From: Tubiluchus corallicola
Taxonomy: Eukaryota > Animalia > Priapulida
NCBI GenBank assembly: GCA_030141605.1
Contig: JAQGDQ010000620.1
Coordinates: 1-64,000, forward strand
Length of the DNA stretch: 64,000 bases
Reading direction: 5' to 3'
A program made the translations under genes and the position numbers. The notes beneath the pieces are model-generated. The model saw nothing but the letters and a program-made list of their open reading frames with translations, was not told where the DNA came from and ran no database searches. This document shows positions 57,365 through 64,000 of this stretch, one piece after another. Every line of letters starts with the position of its first letter. The stretch's first letter is position 1.

Positions 57365-57442
57365 AGAAATGTGAAGACGGGTGTGACCTTGAAATGTGAA
57401 GACGAATGTGACCTTGAAATGTGAAGACGGATGTGACCTTGT
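57365..57442. repeat. 25-bp tandem repeat x3 (gaaatgtgaagacggatgtgacctt)
   Basis: Direct reading. Confidence 0.85.
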
Positions 57443-57575
57443 GAGCAGCAAAGTTCGACTTCCGGAAAGGCATCCTGAATGAATTGAAGTTTTGCATTAT
57501 TATCAGTATGTTATTGCCACGTGTAAAGACTTAGGTTTTGAAGCTACATTCTGTCAGTAATAAAGCTTCGTCATA

Positions 57576-58241
57576 CGCTCATATCTCGGTTTGCCGGACA
57601 AAAGCGGAAAGACGTTGGTTCGAATTTACCGATTGTCCGTGTTTACCGATGCTACACTAATACAGGTAGGCGCCGTGTATTGGACTCACAGTAATGTAAA
57701 ATCAATCGCCTAATTACGGGCCGCTTCTATTAAAAATTAAATAAAAAAAAGTAAATAAAAACTATCGGCAATTGAATCAATTACTCCGCATAATTGACTG
57801 TAATGTTTTCATATATAGAGACATACATGAAATTTCACTGACACAATGACGTAAACTGCCCGCCAACTAGCGGTCAGCTTGCGAAACAACGGACTGTGTC
57901 TGTAGTATGCCGGACTTTTAACTGACCAGATTTTGTCCGAATTTTGCCAATTAGTGGTCAGCTTGCAAAACAACGGACTGTGTCTGTAGTATGCAGGACT
58001 TTTAGCTGACCAGATTTTGTCCGAATTTCGCCAACTAGTGGTCAGCTCGCGAAACAACGGACTGTGTCTATAGTGTGCGGGACTTTTAACTGACCAGATT
58101 TTGTCCGCATTTCGCCAACTAGTGGTCAGCTCGCGAAACAACGGACTGTGTCTGCAGTATGCGGGACTTTTAACTGACCAGATTTTGTCTGATTTTTCCA
58201 ATATCGGTAAAAGCGATGTCCGTCGACACGAGATATGGGCG
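57576..58241 (-). mobile_element. MITE family D copy with internal 84-bp x4 tandem expansion
   Basis: TA|cgctcatatctcggtttgccgg ... cgagatatgggcg|TA; ggactgtgtct recurs at 57891, 57975, 58059 and 58143. Confidence 0.85.
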
Positions 58242-59313
58242 TACGTATACACTGCTCACTGCCACTTTGTAACTTTCTGCCATTGTAAAATTTTTCTAAA
58301 TAGCCTAAATGTTTATGTCATAAGTTGTCATTTGGTAGAAAATCGTAAGTCTGACACTTATATCATTTAGAACACGGCATATGAAAGATTTTCGCGATAA
58401 GAATTGTAAGATTGCCACGTTTACTCAACGATACGTGAAAGCGAGGGTCGTCGAAAGTAAGAAGTTTGTCGCATTTCATGTGAACTAGCCTTAATATTAG
58501 CTATATTACGACTGGCCTCATATACAAAAACAGGTATATTTTGAGCTGAATATCTGCATGAAGATTATTACATATTTGTATTCGTAGTTGCGCGAGTAAG
58601 TCACGTAATATAGCTGTGGTGCTCAATCTGTGAAAATTGTTAATTTTTACAAGCCAGAATTCATTTTTTTATGTTCAGGGTTTGTGTGTGTGAGCGTGTG
58701 TGTGTGTGTATGTGTGAGCGTGTGCGCACGTGCATGAGCAGGTGAAGTGTCATACCTGTGATATGTGCAGCTTTTTGTATGTAAATCCCGTGTGGAATTG
58801 TCTATGCACATAATGTACTACGTCTTTCAACCTTAGCCTCGCGAGTTGTACAGAAAATATAGTCATTTCTATCTAGTGAAAGTATAAATACGTTTCTGCT
58901 GTATTTGTATAGTAACTTTTGAACGAATTGAAGCCTCGTTTTTTTTCTAATGATCGTATTTGTTACTTTAAGCACCAATGTTTGGAAAGTATAGTATTAG
59001 TATTTTATCTAGTGCATTGCAGTTTTGCATAATGACTAAGATCAAAATGAATTATAATCGTCATGGCAACTGATAAGCACGTTCTTTAACACTCAATATG
59101 ACATTTTTTCATCGACTGATTCATATCATATTAATATTAGATAAATCAGTTTTGTTTTCCATTTAAATACTTCATTGTAAAAAGTTGGTTCAATAACTTG
59201 GAAAATATTCACTGCATATTGCAATTCATCTTATTAGATGCATTCTTATTGAGTTCGCGCTGCAATGGATTATGATTTGTGAAAAAAACTCATTTATTTA
59301 CTCCTCTGAACAG

Positions 59314-59701
59314 TAGGGGTGAGCATCGAACGTTCGAATTCGATTTGAACGAGTTTTTTCAGTTTAAACTCGACTCGGATCCAAAACTATAGATTCAAAT
59401 AATTCAGCACTTCATTCACACATGTTCCTGATCACTAAAACGATTGAAACATCATGCAATTAGCGTAATTTAACTGTGATTTCTGCGCACAACTTAAAAC
59501 AAATTACTAGTCGTTTTATTGCAGAACAAAATCTAGTGATATTCATGATTTTTGTAAGACTAATTTTTACTGGTAGTTCGAAAACTTGTTCGAAAATCGT
59601 TCAATCTCAATTCGAATTCGAAACACTGAAGTTCGGTTCGATGAAAGTCACAAATTCGGTTTGATTCGAATTCGCTTTCTGCTAGAGAACGCTCACCCCT
59701 A
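59314..59701. mobile_element. hAT-like MITE
   Basis: TIR TAGGGGTGAGC ... GCTCACCCCTA; the 8-bp flanks ctgaacag / ctaatcag are 6/8 identical; many internal ttcgaa subterminal motifs. Confidence 0.7.
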
Positions 59702-59821
59702 CTAATCAGTCGCGTTTCGACTAGCAAGTAACTTGCAAGCCTGTTCAGTTTAGCGTCAGAGAGTTTGCAATTTTTTGCCGACCGTAACACGCAAACTGGT
59801 TCACACTTGCCTGTCTGTTGC

Positions 59822-60345
59822 CTAGTCTGAACGGGGGCCATTACGATGAGCAAACTCGCTAGTTTGAACGGGCCATTATGATGAGCAAACTCACTAGTTT
59901 GAACGGGCCATTACGATGAGCAAACTCGCTAGTCTGAACGGGCCATTACGATGAGAAAACTCGCTAGTCTGAACGGACCATTACGATGAGAAAACTCGCT
60001 AGTTTGAACGGGCCATTACGATGAGCAAACTCGCTAGTCTGAACGGACCATTACGATGAGCAAACTCGCTAGTGTGAACGGGCCATTATGATGAGCAAAC
60101 GTGCTAGTCTGAACGGACCATTAGGATGAGAAAACTCGCTAGTTTGAACGGGCCATTATGATGAGCAAACGTGCTAGTCTGAACGGACCATTACGATGAG
60201 CAAACTCGCTAGTGTGAACGGACCATTATGATGAGCAAACTCGCTAGTGTGAACGGACCATTATGATGAGCAAACTCGCTAGTCTGAATGGGCCATTACG
60301 ATGAGCAAACTTGCTAGTCTGAACGGGCCATTACGATGAGCAAAC
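59822..60345. repeat. Minisatellite, 35-bp unit (ctagtctgaacgggccattacgatgagcaaactcg), ~15 copies
   Basis: Direct reading. Confidence 0.95.
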
Positions 60346-61820
60346 TGTTCTCGACACTTTGCAGCACAAGACGTTTAAAATTCTGGAGTTTTTGAAAAAA
60401 AAACGAAATTTGTTGGGTGATGAAAAAGTGGAGTTATTCGACGTGCTATTATCTTTTGCTCATTTTTGCTTTATATTTATTCTTATTTTTTAAATGTGAC
60501 TCATTCTGTTTTTCATTAAATATTTTTCTTTAAGACTTGTATTTTCTTACGTGACACCCGAATCCCGCCTTGCCTTTTGTCGTTATGTCCCGGGGGCCAT
60601 TTTTGTGTATACCTAGTAATATATCTTTGTGATTGTGTGGATGCAGTGTATGTTTAGTCGAACTTTTGAAAAGTTCAAAGATATCGCAATTATTTCAACT
60701 GCAGTGCGTAGTACAATAAGGTATTTGTTTTTCTAACATTACAAAAGGTAGATGAAACTGATGAAATCTAACTTGACCTTTGACCTATGAACAGTGAATT
60801 GAGCATTCAGAATTAAAATACTATGGTAACTCTAAAATTTTTTTACTGGTTTTTGTAATTGGTGGTACCTGCTGAACGTACGTAGTAGGGGGATTAAGGA
60901 AAATAAAAGGTCTCGAGGTGCTATGAGTTAAAGAAAAGCAGTATACACAATTTTGCATGATCTGTAGGATTAGGATTCTACAGTGCGTTCAGATATGATG
61001 TGATGACGGAAGACCAAGTTCATCAGAGAAGCAATATTGACTAAACTCTACGGTTCGTGAAGCTTCTCAGTGCAAACGTTTTGTCTTTTACGGACAAAAG
61101 TTGGTTACCGTCTATGAAAAGCCAGTGTGTTTGTCGTTAATAACAATGTAAATATCTTGCTTTTCTATTCATTCGATTTTATTCAACGACAGCCATAAGC
61201 TCATCAATTTTGGATAAATGCATTCATTGTAAAAACAGAAACTCTAGTTTCCGCTGGTGGCAAAAAAACTGATCATACCTGCCGCATATCCTATTTACCT
61301 TGTATCTAAAAATAGTCTTTGCACATTTTGATGATTTTGTTGTGGATATGTATGCAAAAACGATGTACTGAAGGTGAAATTTTTGATAAAGATATAGCCT
61401 TACATCCACATTATTTATCTAAAAATAGTCTCTTTATCTTACGTTGTAGTTTGCTTATCGGATTAAAAATTTTTATTTATACATGTACTTTCATTTTTGT
61501 CTTTAATCGTAGCAAGTTGCTACAATTTTGGTCCAGAATATTTATACTACATTAATTACAGTAATTAAACATACACTGCATCCTTGCTGTTTGTTTTAAC
61601 AGTGCTAGTGAATTGTGTTAAATAAGGAGACACTACTTGTAACTATGTAATTAAGGTCAACTTATAGTAATTTTGTAATTAAGAGAAAAACCTTTTAGTG
61701 TAAAGTTATTACAAATAATTATTATACATATTAAAGTTTAATGATGATGTCGAAATAGGCCAATAAACGCATGCTCAGTAAAATGTTTCTTGCTGTTGTT
61801 TGTGAATCTCCAATTGTTGT

Positions 61821-63418
61821 AATTTCAAACAAATACAAGAAGATGCATTGACGATTCATACAAGAAGATCCATTGACGATTTCAAACAAGTACAAGAAGA
61901 TGCATTGACGATTTCAAACAAGTACAAGAAGATGCATTGACAATTTCAGACAAGTACAAGAAGATGCATTGACAATTTCAGACAAGTACAAGAAGATGCA
62001 TCGACAATTTCAAACAAGTACAAGAAGATGTATTGACAATTTCAAACAAGTACAAGAAGATGCATTGACAATTTCAAACAAATACAAGAAGATGCATTGA
62101 CAATTTCAAACAAATACAAGAAGATCCATTGACAATTTCAAACAAGTACAAGAAGGTGCATTGACAATTTCAAAGAAATACAAGAAGATCCATTGACAAT
62201 TTCAGACAAATACAAGAAGATGCATTGTCAGTTTCAGACAAGTACAAGAAGATGCATTGGCAATTTCAAACAAATACAAGAAGATGCATTGACAATTTCA
62301 AACAAATACAAGAAGATGCATTCAATTTCAGACAAATACAAGAAGATGCATTGACGATTTCAAACAAATACAAGATGCATTGACAATTTCAAACAAATAC
62401 AAGAAGATGCATTGACAATTTTAAACAAATACAAGAAGATGCATTGACAATTTCAGACAAGTACAAGAAGATGCATTGACGATTTCAAACAAATACAAGA
62501 AGATGCATTGACAATTTCAAACAAATACAAGAAGATGCATTGATGATTTCAGACAAATACAAGAAGATCCGTTGATTTCAAACAAGTACAAAAAGATGCA
62601 TTGACAATTTCAGACAAGTACAAGAAGATCCATTGACAATTTCAAACAAATACAAGAAGATGCATTGACGATTCATACAAGAAGATCGATTGACAATTTC
62701 AAACAAATACAAGCAGATCCATTGACGATATCGAACAAATACAAGAAGATGCATTGACAATTTCAGACAAGTACAAGAAGATCCATTGACAATTTCAAAC
62801 AAATACAAGAAGATGCATTGAAGATTCATACAAGAAGATCGATTGACAATTTCAAACAAGTACAAGAAGATCCATTGACAATTTCAAACAAATACAAGAA
62901 GATGCATTGAAGATTCATACAAGAAGATCCATTGACAATTTCAAACAAATACAAGAAGATACATTGACGATATCAAACAAATACAAGAAGATGCATTGAC
63001 AATTTCAGACAAGTACAAGAAGATCCATTGACAATTTCAAACAAATACAAGAAGATGCATTGATGATTCATACAAGAAGATCGATTGACAATTTCAAACA
63101 AGTACAAGAAGATCCATTGACAATTTCAAACAAATACAAGAAGATGCATTGACGATTTCAAACAAATACAAGATGCATTGACAATTTCAAACAAATACAA
63201 GAAGATGCATTGACAATTTTAAACAAATACAAGAAGATGCATTGACAATTTCAGACAAGTACAAGAAGATGCATTGACGATTTCAAACAAATACAAGAAG
63301 ATGCATTGACAATTTCAAACAAATACAAGAAGATGCATTGATGATTTCAGACAAATACAAGAAGATCCGTTGATTTCAAACAAGTACAAAAAGATGCATT
63401 GACAATTTCAAACAAATA
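61821..63418. repeat. Minisatellite, 32-bp unit (tttcaaacaaatacaagaagatgcattgacaa), ~50 copies with higher-order blocks
   Basis: Direct reading; the variant block at ~62340-62600 recurs at ~63125-63400. Confidence 0.95.
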
Positions 63419-63769
63419 ACATATGAATACTTATCGGAAAATACATCCTTTTAATAAATAATTTCATTATTTACATTATAATTTAATGAATGTACAATTA
63501 ATACATGCGAAATTAAAAACTATGTATGCATTTTACAATATTATACTACAACGTAAAACTAACTTGTGTTTAGTACAGTCTCCCTTTGTTAAGCTTTTAC
63601 TGTCAGCACAATACAATAGTATATAACTGGGAGTCTGTGGCAGACTGTAAATATTTACACAGAATGTGTCCTAAGAGTGAAATCAAATGATGTTTCTGTG
63701 GAAATAAAGCAACAAAAACTGACACGCTTTCTTTTGAGTCTGACAACAGAGGATAAAATTGTTGATCAT

Positions 63770-63945
63770 TTATAAAAGATTTCATGTCTTGCTTGAGAAG
63801 CTAATTTAGCTTTTTCTTAAACTTTGGCAACTTGAAATTCTACTAAATTCCTAACGTTGTTTATAAAAGATTTCGTGTCTTGGTTGAGAAGCTAATTTAG
63901 CTTTTTCTTGTACTTTGGCAACTTGAAATTCTACTAAATTCCAAA
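63770..63945. repeat. ~90-bp tandem duplication
   Basis: ttataaaagatttc.tgtcttg.ttgagaagctaatttagctttttctt...ttggcaacttgaaattctactaaattcc occurs twice. Confidence 0.85.
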
Positions 63946-64000
63946 CATTGTTTCTTTTACTTCCAATATTGGTCAATTTAACGAGAAACATCTGTGAATA

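Overview
Eukaryotic, AT-rich and repeat-dense genomic DNA from an invertebrate animal (spliceosomal introns; no prokaryotic features, no CRISPR). From left to right: (1) one internal exon of a spectrin-repeat gene (- strand, 451-581); (2) an intact single-exon 805-aa ORF fusing about 8-9 ankyrin repeats to a cGAS/Mab21-like nucleotidyltransferase with an apparently intact catalytic triad (3488-5905), flanked by copies of a dispersed repeat; (3) six 3' exons of TTC4/Cns1 (6716-13501), with no 5' exons visible and an in-frame TAA in the last exon; (4) a mitochondrial aconitase with no coding introns (-, 16719-19070), head-to-head with (5) a complete 20-exon transportin (TNPO1/2, 887 aa, 20693-56293) whose first intron is U12-type. 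Introns hold about 15 unrelated minisatellites, several visibly born from local transposon, LINE or splice-junction sequence, plus MITEs, LINE remnants and a Helitron end. The top candidate is the ankyrin-cGLR gene, which sits between two genes that both appear to lack their 5' halves. All calls are from reading the sequence by eye; no searches were run.
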